A DNA stretch of 64,000 nucleotides from an uncultured bacterium. Lineage in GTDB: Bacteria > Oederibacteriota > JAAXVQ01 > JAUVAV01. Positions 1 through 8,524 of this stretch are shown here, one piece after another. The translations under genes and the position numbers were made by a program. The notes under the pieces were generated by a model, which searched no databases, had not been told where the DNA came from, and was given only the letters and a program-made list of their open reading frames with translations. Position 1 is the stretch's first letter, and every line of letters starts with the position of its first letter. The stretch spans positions 885,211 to 949,210 of the forward strand of contig CAVQBK010000003.1 in assembly GCA_963710755.1 (NCBI GenBank). Direction: 5' to 3'.

Positions 1-1869
1 GATAGCACGGGCGCGCGGATCACTTTTTGATCTTTTATATCCACTATATTGTATTTCAATTAAATTATTTCCCGATATCCATTTGGCATTTCCCAGATCA
101 ATTTTATAATCATGCCAACCTTTGTTTATATATTCTTGAGTAATTAATTCATTATTGACATACAATTTTATTTGTTGAGGTTTTATAGGCATGACACGCA
201 TAAACAGATATTTTGGTTTTTTATCTTTTAACGGTATTACTAATGTTGATTCTTTTCCCAATCCCCAAACGAAATCAACTCCATCATCTGCTTTTTCATC
301 GCCGCTCCATCCTTTAGCCAAAAAACTTCTTGCTGTAATTTTACCGAAATCTACCTGTGTACAATTATTATTTTGACGGGCACTTGCCACAGCTAGTTGT
401 ACTGCAAATGCATCAAAAAAAACAGCTTTGGTAGAACTCTTCATTCTTTGCTCAAACCATTTGCGATCAGTAGAATTTAATCGCTTGAAGAATCCCCCTT
501 GGATCCCACCGTCTACAAACCAATATTCCTTGTAACAGCTTTGTTTGATTATTTCTGAAATTATATTTGTATTTGAAATATTCATTACTGGCATATTAAT
601 TTGGCCAGTTTGTTGTTCCAGATAATATTCGAAACAATCTTTCACCCAGCCATCTAAACAAAATATTGCAGATTGCGGATCCGCGTTTTTAAGAACATAC
701 TGTACAGATAAAGCCCATTCTGGTTTTTTTTTGCCAAATAATTTATCATCGGTGATTTTATAATTAAGCAAGGCCGGTAAAAATATCAAAATGCTCAAAG
801 TAATTCCGGTCACAATTTTTAAAATGTTGAACCTTGAAAATTCCCATTTATTATAAATTAATTTCAAGATCATATTTGTTGCCTCAGATATACTACTAGC
901 CATTAAAAGCAGAACAAGTGGTTGCAAAAATATTAATTGGCGAAAATGGAAAAAATATCCGCGCCATTTATCTAAGCTTAAAACAACTCCTCCGGCAAAT
1001 AGGACAGACAAAAATATAAACCAATTATTTATTTTGACTTCTTTATCTTTATTAAATAATCCAAAAATAATTAGTGCACCTGGCCAAACGGAATAGCCAA
1101 CAATCAGGACTTTAATGATCTGATGCCAGCTGACATTAAATGTGCTATGAAACTCGCTATGCGGTTTATAAAATATAGCAGCAGGTAAAAATACCAATAA
1201 TGAAATTAAACAAGAATAAAAAAAATATTTTATCTTATGGAAATCAATATTGTGGGTTACTATTGAATTTCGAATTGACTTTACGCTTAAAATTAATCCA
1301 TGGCACAACAGCACAATCAAGGTATAAAAATGCTGATAACTGGAAACTATAGTTATAATAGAATAAATAATCCAATCTTTTTTTTGATTATTATTTATAG
1401 CTTTGAAAAAAGCCCACCAATGCAAAGTAGTTAAAAAGACAAAAACAGCATAAAATCTTGCTTCCTGGGCATACTGAATTTGCAGCACAGAAATAGCCAT
1501 TAAAATCATTGCAATCCATGCAATGGCTTTTTCAGGTTTGTAAATTTGTCTAGCTAAATAAAATGTTGAAATTACAGCTAAATTGCTAAAAATAAACGCG
1601 TGTAACCTTACCCAGAATTCACTATTGCCAAATTGCAAAAATAAATGCATTATTAAATAATCTAGAGGCAAAGCGGCAGCATGGTACCTGACATTTAATA
1701 ATAGGCCTTTCAAATCCATTTGAGCTACCATCATTTGCCTGATTTCATCGATCCACAAATTTTCTGTTGTTAGCCCATGTAACCGCAGTAAAAACCCTAT
1801 TAGGAAAATGATCATCAAAGGTGTTTTTTCATTTTTAAAGATCTCAGATGTTTTCACTGAATTCTCCAT
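1..1869 (-). CDS. GT39/PMT_2 (ArnT-like) family membrane glycosyltransferase with a C-terminal soluble extension. It is partial and the C-terminus runs off the window start.
   Basis: Hand translation of the minus strand from the ATG at 1869..1867 gives MENSVKTSEIFKNEKTPLMIIFLIGFLLRLHGLTTENLWIDEIRQMMVAQ... It stays open to position 1, and codon checks at 60, 960 and 1440 were consistent. The N-terminal pattern (short cytosolic start, TM helix, DE motif in the first loop, many TM helices) is typical of GT-C/ArnT/PMT-like transferases. It is absent from the ORF track because no stop lies inside the window. The locus is very AT-rich compared with the rest of the window. Confidence 0.6.
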   Translation of the reverse strand, partial: MENSVKTSEIFKNEKTPLMIIFLIGFLLRLHGLTTENLWIDEIRQMMVAQMDLKGLLLNVRYHAAALPLDYLIMHLFLQFGNSEFWVRLHAFIFSNLAVISTFYLARQIYKPEKAIAWIAMILMAISVLQIQYAQEARFYAVFVFLTTLHWWAFFKAINNNQKKDWIIYSIITIVSSYQHFYTLIVLLCHGLILSVKSIRNSIVTHNIDFHKIKYFFYSCLISLLVFLPAAIFYKPHSEFHSTFNVSWHQIIKVLIVGYSVWPGALIIFGLFNKDKEVKINNWFIFLSVLFAGGVVLSLDKWRGYFFHFRQLIFLQPLVLLLMASSISEATNMILKLIYNKWEFSRFNILKIVTGITLSILIFLPALLNYKITDDKLFGKKKPEWALSVQYVLKNADPQSAIFCLDGWVKDCFEYYLEQQTGQINMPVMNISNTNIISEIIKQSCYKEYWFVDGGIQGGFFKRLNSTDRKWFEQRMKSSTKAVFFDAFAVQLAVASARQNNNCTQVDFGKITARSFLAKGWSGDEKADDGVDFVWGLGKESTLVIPLKDKKPKYLFMRVMPIKPQQIKLYVNNELITQEYINKGWHDYKIDLGNAKWISGNNLIEIQYSGYKRSKSDPRARAI

Positions 1870-1913
1870 TATGAAAATATATTTCATTAATCAGTTGTCT
1901 TAATTTTGACATG

Positions 1914-1938
1914 AAACAAACCCTCCTTTGGGTGAGGG
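1914..1938 (-). terminator. Putative intrinsic terminator for the minus-strand secreted-protein gene
   Basis: The inverted repeat CCCTC..GAGGG (1921-1938) reads on the minus strand as ccctcacccaaaggaggg followed by tttgttt. It sits about 160 nt downstream of the stop of the 2101..2967 gene. Confidence 0.4.
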
Positions 1939-2100
1939 ATATTTCATTATTTTCAAATCTAGATATCCCGATAATTGAATGACCAAAATGGAACCTTGGA
2001 ATAAATTATCGGGGACAAACCAAATGGATATAGTTATTCAAACGGGTAGAACGAATTTCGCGAAAGTTTACTTTAATTTAGACAAATTTATAATTGCTTA

Positions 2101-2967
2101 TTATCTGTAATTGACCTGAACAACCATAATATGTTGGTCAGTCTTGAAGTCAACACCATAATGTACAACGTCGAGCTGTAATCTAAGGTTATATGTTCCT
2201 TTGGAACAATCCCGACCGACCAAAATAAAAGCAGTTCCCAAATCATTGGTGCGATGACTTCTTACCGCCGACATATCCGTCCAAGAATTATTTATATACA
2301 ATGTCCATGTGGCAACCGCGTCTGTGGCCTGCAAACTGTTAAAATTACCTTTAGCCATAATTATTAAGTAACCATCATAATCGAGAGTGATGTTTTCATT
2401 AAACAAGGTGATGCTTTGGGTTTGAGTATGGGTTATAGGATTGTGATAAGAATTGTAACTTTTAGTTACGGTATGTGGTTGAATTTTAGTAGTCGTAATT
2501 GCATTATCTTGGATTTTCGCTGTTGTTATTGCGGAATCACTGATTTTTGCGGTGACTACTGAACTATCCACCAGTTTTGCAGTTGATATCGTCCCATCCG
2601 CCACATTCATGGCATAAGCTGCGCTGTCAAGCTTGAGGCGGGGGCTAAGGGGCGTGCCGTCGGTGTTACTGGTTACAGCCAACCAAAGGGGCTGATTGAA
2701 AATGGTAGCATCATTAAAAGGGCCGAGTTCCAGGCTGTAATAGCCATTTTTGACGGCAACGTTATAGGCGGTTGTGGGCCAGACCATTTGACCACCTGTC
2801 TCGGCATTCCAAAGTTCAAACGTCAATCCATAGCTGGGATTATCAGGTATCGGATTTCCGCTCAAATCCGTCAACCGCCCCTGGAAATGGATGGTTTTGG
2901 GAATGTCGGCTTGGGTTATACTAAAGGTTGCAAAGAGGATAAGAAGTAATGATAGTGTTTTTTTCAT
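2101..2967 (-). CDS. Secreted protein of unknown function with heptad-like TAKIxDxAIT repeats
   Basis: 288-aa ORF with signal peptide MKKTLSLLLILFATFSITQA, a conserved N-terminal module (IHFQGRLTDLSGNPIPDNPSYGLTFELWNAETGG...) and a repeat stretch (TAKLVDSSVVTAKISDSAITTAKIQDNAITTTKIQ). A paralogous copy lies immediately upstream. Confidence 0.6.
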   Translation of the reverse strand: MKKTLSLLLILFATFSITQADIPKTIHFQGRLTDLSGNPIPDNPSYGLTFELWNAETGGQMVWPTTAYNVAVKNGYYSLELGPFNDATIFNQPLWLAVTSNTDGTPLSPRLKLDSAAYAMNVADGTISTAKLVDSSVVTAKISDSAITTAKIQDNAITTTKIQPHTVTKSYNSYHNPITHTQTQSITLFNENITLDYDGYLIIMAKGNFNSLQATDAVATWTLYINNSWTDMSAVRSHRTNDLGTAFILVGRDCSKGTYNLRLQLDVVHYGVDFKTDQHIMVVQVNYR

Positions 2968-2996
2968 TAGAAAAATCTCCGTTGGAAATAAAATTC

Positions 2997-3894
2997 TTAC
3001 TTATAAATGGCTTGAATTATCAATTTTGAAAATCTGATTTCAACAGGGTTATTTATTGACGTTGTTTGAACAACACCTTTAATATTTACTGTACCGGGTG
3101 AAAGATCTCTTTCTACCATTAAAGTTGTACCGTCCACATCAGACGTTCGATTAATTTGGCGTTCTGTCCAATCATCAAAGCCATTGTTAATTGACAATTT
3201 CCATGAAATTGTTCCTGCACTGCAACTGTGACTATGAAGTTCAGATCTAAATGTTACTATTAAAGCAGCATTTTTAGTTATATTCAAATTAACATCAAAA
3301 AGATTGTAAGTAGTAGCGGTAGTAATATTATAAGAATTGTTCACATATTCCCATACTTGAGTCGTTGCATTAGTTGCTATTTTATCCATTGTGACGGCAC
3401 CATTATTTATCTTTGCCGTTGTTACTGCATTATCTTGAATTTTCGCTGTTGTTATTGCGGAATCACTGATTTTTGCGGCTGATTACCGAACTATCCACAA
3501 GTTTTGCAGTTGATATCGCCCCATCTGCCACATTTAAGGCATAAGCGGAGCTATCGAGTTTAATACGTGGGCTTAGGGGCGTACCATCAGTATTGCTGGT
3601 TACAGCCAACCAAAGGGGCTGATTGAAAATGGTAGCATCATTAAAAGGCCCGAGTTCCAGGCTGTAATAGCCATTTTTGACGGCAACGTTATAGGCGGTT
3701 GTGGGCCAGACCATTTGACCACCTGTCTCGGCATTCCAAAGTTCAAACGTCAATCCATAGCTGGGATTATCAGGTATCGGATTTCCGCTCAAATCCGTCA
3801 ACCGCCCCTGGAAATGGATGGTTTTGGGAATATCGGCCTGGGCTAAGCTAAAAGTAGCAAAGATCAGCAAGCATAATACAAACAATTTCTTCAT
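2997..3894 (-). pseudogene. Frameshifted tandem paralog of the 2101..2967 secreted protein (ORFs 3463..3894 and 2997..3389)
   Basis: The first 125 aa of ORF 3463..3894 are about 95% identical to the downstream paralog. A 1-bp insertion (gcggCtgattaccgaac versus gcggtgactactgaac) breaks the frame at the repeat stretch. The rest continues as ORF 2997..3389 with a divergent C-terminal domain. Confidence 0.5.
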
Positions 3895-3939
3895 AATTCA
3901 AAGTCTCCCTTTATAAAAATTAAATTCCATACAACAAAA

Positions 3940-4620
3940 GTAAACCTCACGCCAAGTCCGTCTGGAGTTAAACCTAAACCCTTTAAAGACGGAAAGAAAA
4001 ATCTGTCTCACGCCAAGCTCGCCAAGCCGCAAAGAAAGATTAAATCGTTCTGGGGTTAAACCTAAACCCTTTAAAGACGGAAAGAAAGATCTGTCTCACG
4101 CCAAGCACGCCAAGCCGCAAAGAAAGATTAAATCGTTCTGGGGTTAAACCTAAACCCTTTAAAGACGGAAAGAAAGATCTGTCTCACGCCAAGCACGCCA
4201 AGCCGCAAAGAAAGATTAAATCGTTCTGGGGTTAAACCTAAACCCTTTAAAGACGGAAAGAAAGATCTGTCTCACGCCAAGCACGCCAAGCCGCAAAGAA
4301 AGATTAAATCGTTCTGGGGTTAAACCTAAACCCTTTAAAGACGGAAAGAAAGATCTGTCTCACGCCAAGCACGCCAAGCCGCAAAGAAAGATTAAATCGT
4401 TCTGGGGTTAAACCTAAACCCTTTAAAGACGGAAAGAAAGATCTGTCTCACGCCAAGCACGCCAAGCCGCAAAGAAAGATTAAATCGCTCTGGGGTTAAA
4501 TCCAAAACCCCGTAAAAACGGAAACAAAAGATCTGTCTCACGCCAAGCACGCCAAGCCGCAAAGAGAGATAAAATCCTGCTATGGTAAAAACCCTTAGTC
4601 CATTTAAAGTTCTTTTTTTA
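3940..4620. repeat. Tandem array of about 7.5 copies of an 88-bp unit, near-identical, with the last copies degenerate
   Basis: ctgtctcacgccaag recurs at 4003, 4091, 4179, 4267, 4355, 4443 and 4533, so the period is 88 (90 for the last). Each unit is tcacgccaagcacgccaagccgcaaagaaagattaaatcgttctggggttaaacctaaaccctttaaagacggaaagaaagatctg. There are no unique spacers, so this is not CRISPR. Confidence 0.9.
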
Positions 4621-4730
4621 CCTTTGCGCCTTTGCGTGCTTTGCGTGAGACATGTTTTAAAAATATTTTTCACGCCAAGCTCGCCTGCCCTCCGGGCACA
4701 GGCAGCCGCAAATAAAGATCAGATGCTAAA
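4621..4730. repeat. Structured repeat element E1: an inverted copy of the 30-bp array core followed by a conserved tail motif
   Basis: cctttgcgcctttgcgtgctttgcgtgagaca (4622-4653) is the near-reverse-complement of the array core tgtctcacgccaagcacgccaagccgcaaag about 50 nt upstream, predicting a long hairpin. It is followed by gttttaaaaa...cacgccaagctcgcctgccctccgggcacaggcagccg. The same architecture recurs at 6090-6262. Confidence 0.7.
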
Positions 4731-4738
4731 AATATGAA

Positions 4739-5116
4739 CTACAGGCCATTGACTACTCTATGAATACCATCTTTTATTAGATTTTCACCGAAATTTATAA
4801 GTAGACCAAGTTTTTTATTACTTAACCTCAAGTATGTTAATAACTGCTTTTTGTGGACTTGAGCGATTTTTTCGATGGACTTCAATTCAACGATGACTGA
4901 ATTATTGACCATTAAATCCGCTCTAAATCCTTGGTCAAAAATGTGGTTGTTGTACTCAATTGGTATTGCCTTTTGAGTATGAACATCAAAACCAAGATTT
5001 ATAAGTTCATTTGCTAAAATCGTTTCATAAACTGATTCCAACAATCCCGGCCCAATATTTTTATGAATAGAATAAACTTTATCCACTATACTTCTAGCAA
5101 TTTCATTTTCATTCAT
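4739..5116 (-). CDS. GxxExxY family protein (PD-(D/E)XK nuclease-like fold)
   Basis: 125 aa with the signature GPGLLESVYE (GxxExxY). This family is recurrently multi-copy and repeat-associated. The gene overlaps the upstream gene's stop by 1 nt (ATGA). Confidence 0.75.
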   Translation of the reverse strand: MNENEIARSIVDKVYSIHKNIGPGLLESVYETILANELINLGFDVHTQKAIPIEYNNHIFDQGFRADLMVNNSVIVELKSIEKIAQVHKKQLLTYLRLSNKKLGLLINFGENLIKDGIHRVVNGL

Positions 5117-6042
5117 TATTTCGGCTTCTCTTTTGTGCCTTGGCGTCCTGCTTGTGCCCGGGACGGGTAGGCGTGAGACAAGTTCTTATTCAGTTTTGAA
5201 GGAAGATAATTTTTGCCGGTAACTACTTTGTTACCCGTATCTGCCTCAAACACCAAACGAGATTTTTTGGCCACAGCTCCTCCTTTTTTACCGGCATCGG
5301 CATTCTGATCCAATCCCGTTGCATTTGTTCCTTCAGCAATCTGTCTTGTGGAAAGCTCTGCCAGTGCCGTAAAAATTAATTCCGCTTCACTCATATGATC
5401 GCGCAGATTTTGAGATTTTAGGCCCTTCAGTTCTTTGTGTTCCTTTACGGAAAGACCGCTCCATTCCTGGTGGATAATAGTGGTTAAAATTGCAAATTCA
5501 TCCTCTGTGCCAACATCATGGGTTTTCCAATAATCGGTCAGTTTATTCCGGGTTTCCTGACCCATCATACGCTGTTGAATCCACTTATCGCTGCGGCCAT
5601 GTTTTTTCCAATATTCTCTTGCCCGGTCCAGGGAGCGGGCGGGATCGGACATGTCCTGGATACGTTCATAGCCTACCTTAGCCAGCCAGAGTTTGATTGG
5701 TTCCGCTTTTGAGCTTGGCACGGACTGTACAAGCCGAAGAATAGTCTCGGGGGAAGCCACGTCGGTAAGGCGCATCTTCCCGTCATCAGCCGGCATTTTC
5801 AACTGGTGACAATTTGTCACCAGTTGACTTCCTTCTTTTTTCAGCCGTTCTTTCAATTTATTCCAGTATTTTCTGGCCGTTTGATAATCGGGCTGTTGAA
5901 TCAGGACCTGAATAATATCGACGACCGAAAAATACCAAGTTTCAGTTTTTTCATCATAGATCCGCCGGATTTGGCGGTCTTCAAATAGTGCGACGCTTGT
6001 TTTCATCATAAAAACCCTTTTTTCAAGACAGGGGTTTAACAT
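5116..6042 (-). CDS. DinD/RhuM-like protein with an N-terminal Bro-N (KilA-N-like) domain
   Basis: 308 aa. The N-terminus FEDRQIRRIYDEKTETWYFSVVDIIQVL...KLWLAKVG fits the Bro-N pattern. The C-terminal helical region resembles DNA-damage-inducible protein D-type proteins. A partial copy of the flanking repeat motif (cgcctacccgtcccgggcacaagcag, about 5140-5180) lies inside the 3-prime end of the gene. Confidence 0.55.
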   Translation of the reverse strand: MLNPCLEKRVFMMKTSVALFEDRQIRRIYDEKTETWYFSVVDIIQVLIQQPDYQTARKYWNKLKERLKKEGSQLVTNCHQLKMPADDGKMRLTDVASPETILRLVQSVPSSKAEPIKLWLAKVGYERIQDMSDPARSLDRAREYWKKHGRSDKWIQQRMMGQETRNKLTDYWKTHDVGTEDEFAILTTIIHQEWSGLSVKEHKELKGLKSQNLRDHMSEAELIFTALAELSTRQIAEGTNATGLDQNADAGKKGGAVAKKSRLVFEADTGNKVVTGKNYLPSKLNKNLSHAYPSRAQAGRQGTKEKPK

Positions 6043-6059
6043 GTTGAACCCCTACAGCT

Positions 6060-6262
6060 TATCTCACCAATAGCGGCAGAGCCGGAATAAAAAGATGCCT
6101 CACGTCAAGTCCGCCAAGCCGCAAAGAAAGATTGAGATATTAAGAAATAATTTCTTATAAAAAATGTTTTATCTTACCTTTGCGCCTTTGCGTGCTTAGC
6201 GAGAAAGATGTTTTAAAAAAACATCGCGCTAAGACGCCTCCCCTGTGAGCACAAGCAGCCGT
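6060..6262. repeat. Structured repeat element E2: direct core, about 45-nt AT-rich spacer, inverted core, conserved tail
   Basis: cctcacgtcaagtccgccaagccgcaaagaaagat (about 6095-6130) and its inverted partner acctttgcgcctttgcgtgcttagcgagaaagatg (about 6173-6207) are followed by gttttaaaaaaacatcgcgctaagacgcctcccctgtgagcacaagcagccg. It is collinear with E1, and the left arm ttattccggctctgccg (6066-6090) has an inverted copy at 29008-29030. Confidence 0.7.
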
Positions 6263-6265
6263 TTG

Positions 6266-6859
6266 TTATTTAATAATCGCCAGCCGTTTAATTAACTTGG
6301 TGGTTTTGCGCTCATTGCTGGCTTTGATCAGCATCAAATACACGCCGTTGGCCATGTTGGACACATTCCAGTTCCAGATATTTTCGCCGGCGGGCATGCT
6401 GTCCCACTGCTTCTCGATCACCAGGCGATGGCCGGTGGTGTAAATCTTAATCTCTACTTTGGCTGGTTCGGCCAGGTGATAGTGAATGTGGGCTTCCGGG
6501 CCGCGGATGGGGTGGGGAGCCGGGTAGACGTACTGCTTGTCGAGCAATTCGCCGTTGAAGCTGCGAATGGGGGTGGCGGTGACCGTCACCGTGGGAGTGA
6601 CCGTCGGAGTCGGTTTGGCAATAAAATAATTATTGAAAAATCCGGCCTGGGTGGAGGTCTGGTTGCTGTAATTCTGGCCCACGGCTGCTTCGCCCATGGA
6701 ACTGATATGGAGGCGCATGCTGTGATTTTGCGCTTGGCCGGTTTGGGTGTTGCCGGCCGTATTGAACAGATATTCATTCAGCTGGTATTGGCCGGATTGA
6801 GCGGCATGCAGCAGCCCGGCAGTGGAGAGAAATAGAAAGGTAAGGATAAATTTTTTCAT
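6266..6859 (-). CDS. Secreted protein with a C-terminal beta-sandwich sorting-domain-like region (T9SS CTD / FlgD-Ig-like)
   Basis: Signal peptide MKKFILTFLFLSTAGLLHA, a TPTVTPTVTVTATP linker, and a C-terminal roughly 80 aa (...VEIKIYTTGHRLVIEKQWDSMPAGENIWNWNVSNMANGVYLMLIKASNERKTTKLIKRLAIIK) resembling Por/T9SS C-terminal sorting domains. Confidence 0.55.
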   Translation of the reverse strand: MKKFILTFLFLSTAGLLHAAQSGQYQLNEYLFNTAGNTQTGQAQNHSMRLHISSMGEAAVGQNYSNQTSTQAGFFNNYFIAKPTPTVTPTVTVTATPIRSFNGELLDKQYVYPAPHPIRGPEAHIHYHLAEPAKVEIKIYTTGHRLVIEKQWDSMPAGENIWNWNVSNMANGVYLMLIKASNERKTTKLIKRLAIIK

Positions 6860-7147
6860 TGGGTCAGCTCCTCTTGGAATGAACGGTAATTATATCAAAA
6901 AAAGGATCAAAGTCAAAGGATTGGAAAAAATCGCCCTTTGGCTGCCAATGATCGTCTTATCATCGGCAGGTTCGCCTTGTATCCACAGGCTGGGTCCTTT
7001 TGAGTGATCAATGGCTTGTAAAAGCATTGGACATGGAGGCGCAGACTGGTCTAATTCAGGAGTAGTTGACCATATAATTATGCAATTGCTCTCTATATAA
7101 TAATATGGTAAAACTCTGAGTCATCATCATTATCCAAGGGAAAGCTA

Positions 7148-8524
7148 ATGTTTAAACGCCGGAACCACATCATCATCACACTGGGCCTAATGGTTATTGA
7201 TTTACTGACGTTAGCCGCGGCTTTTTGGCTGTCTTACTTCTTACGACTGCGGTTGCATTTGTTCGCCAATGTACAGCCCATATCTGATTACTATCTGGCT
7301 TTTGCCGTTTTTACGGTCATTACCCTCTTCTTTTTTGGGCAACAAGGACTTTACCGCGACATCCGCGATCTGTCCATGATCGAGGAGTATGCCAGTATTA
7401 TCAAGTCCCTTACCTATGCTTTTTTAATCGCCTTGGCACTAACCTTTTTCTTCAAATTTTATGAACGGTCGCGGGTACTGGTCTTTCTTTTCTGGGCTTT
7501 GGCCAATTTGTTTGTCATTACCGTTCGTTTCTTTTGGTACCGCTTTTTAAAATTCCTTCATTGGCGGCGCCTGGATCTGCTGAATGTGGCGGTGGTAGGA
7601 TCAGAGCAAAAAAGCAAGGCCGTGCGCCAACTTTTAAAACAGCATCCGCAATTGGGGTACCATATTGTGGCTACGGTGGTGCTGCCCCGGGGTATTTCAC
7701 CTAAAAGCGGAAGCCTGCAGCAAAAGTTGGAACGTGAGATTGTGGCCCGTTTTCAAAAAGGCGAGATCGACGGGGTGATCATCTCCGATTCCGTTAAAAA
7801 TTACCAGCAAACCCTGGAAGTTAATGAATTATTCACGGAATATGAGATTCCGCACCGTAACGTGACCGAAGCTTTTGATCTGACCGGCTTTAAGACGCCG
7901 GCAGGGGAAGGGCTGGAAGGCTTGCTCACCAGTCTCAAAGAAGGTCAGATCGGCGGAGGCTACAAGGTCTTCAAACGCTTTATGGATGAAATTGTTTCCC
8001 TGACTGCATTGCTGGTCACCTTGCCCTTATGGCTGCTGATCATGGCGGCTATCAAACTGGAATCCAAAGGCCCGGTTTTTTTCAAGCAGGAACGGGTGGG
8101 ATATCATGGCCGCAAGTTTTTGATTTACAAATTCCGCTCCATGGTTGTGACTGCACCCCAATATGCCAAAACCCCCAAGGGCACCCATGATCCCAGAATC
8201 ACGGCCCTGGGCCGGATTTTGAGGCGGACCAGTTTGGATGAACTGCCTCAACTCCTCAATGTTATTAAAGGCGACATGAGTCTGGTGGGACCCAGGCCGG
8301 AGATGCCTTTTTTGGTGGAAAAATATAAACCTATTTACCGCTATCGGCTGTTGGTACTCCCCGGAGTCACCGGGCTGTGGCAGGTATCGGGCCGCACGGA
8401 CAAGCCTTTGGAAGAAAACGTTAAATACGACTTGTACTATATAAAAAATCAATCCTTCCTACTCGATCTGGTTATCATTCTGCGCACGGTTCCGGCTGTC
8501 CTGTTCGGCAAAGGAGCTTATTGA
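7148..8524 (+). CDS. Polyprenyl-phosphate hexose-1-phosphate transferase (bacterial sugar transferase, WbaP/WcaJ-like initiating enzyme)
   Basis: 458 aa with N-terminal TM helices and a C-terminal catalytic domain carrying ...KFRSM...DELPQL...KGDMSLVGPRPE... Confidence 0.85.
   Translation: MFKRRNHIIITLGLMVIDLLTLAAAFWLSYFLRLRLHLFANVQPISDYYLAFAVFTVITLFFFGQQGLYRDIRDLSMIEEYASIIKSLTYAFLIALALTFFFKFYERSRVLVFLFWALANLFVITVRFFWYRFLKFLHWRRLDLLNVAVVGSEQKSKAVRQLLKQHPQLGYHIVATVVLPRGISPKSGSLQQKLEREIVARFQKGEIDGVIISDSVKNYQQTLEVNELFTEYEIPHRNVTEAFDLTGFKTPAGEGLEGLLTSLKEGQIGGGYKVFKRFMDEIVSLTALLVTLPLWLLIMAAIKLESKGPVFFKQERVGYHGRKFLIYKFRSMVVTAPQYAKTPKGTHDPRITALGRILRRTSLDELPQLLNVIKGDMSLVGPRPEMPFLVEKYKPIYRYRLLVLPGVTGLWQVSGRTDKPLEENVKYDLYYIKNQSFLLDLVIILRTVPAVLFGKGAY

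Noticed and set aside
191-376. 61-aa plus-strand ORF
   Set aside because: It is antisense to the long GT39-like minus-strand ORF and has no motif.
3940-4620. Possible CRISPR array
   Set aside because: The units are 88 bp and essentially identical end to end, with no unique spacers. Repeat length and structure are wrong for CRISPR. This is a tandem minisatellite.
4392-4673. 93-aa ORF on the minus strand
   Set aside because: It lies entirely within the 88-bp tandem repeats. Its periodic sequence (LSLRLGVLGVRQIF twice) is a repeat-translation artefact.
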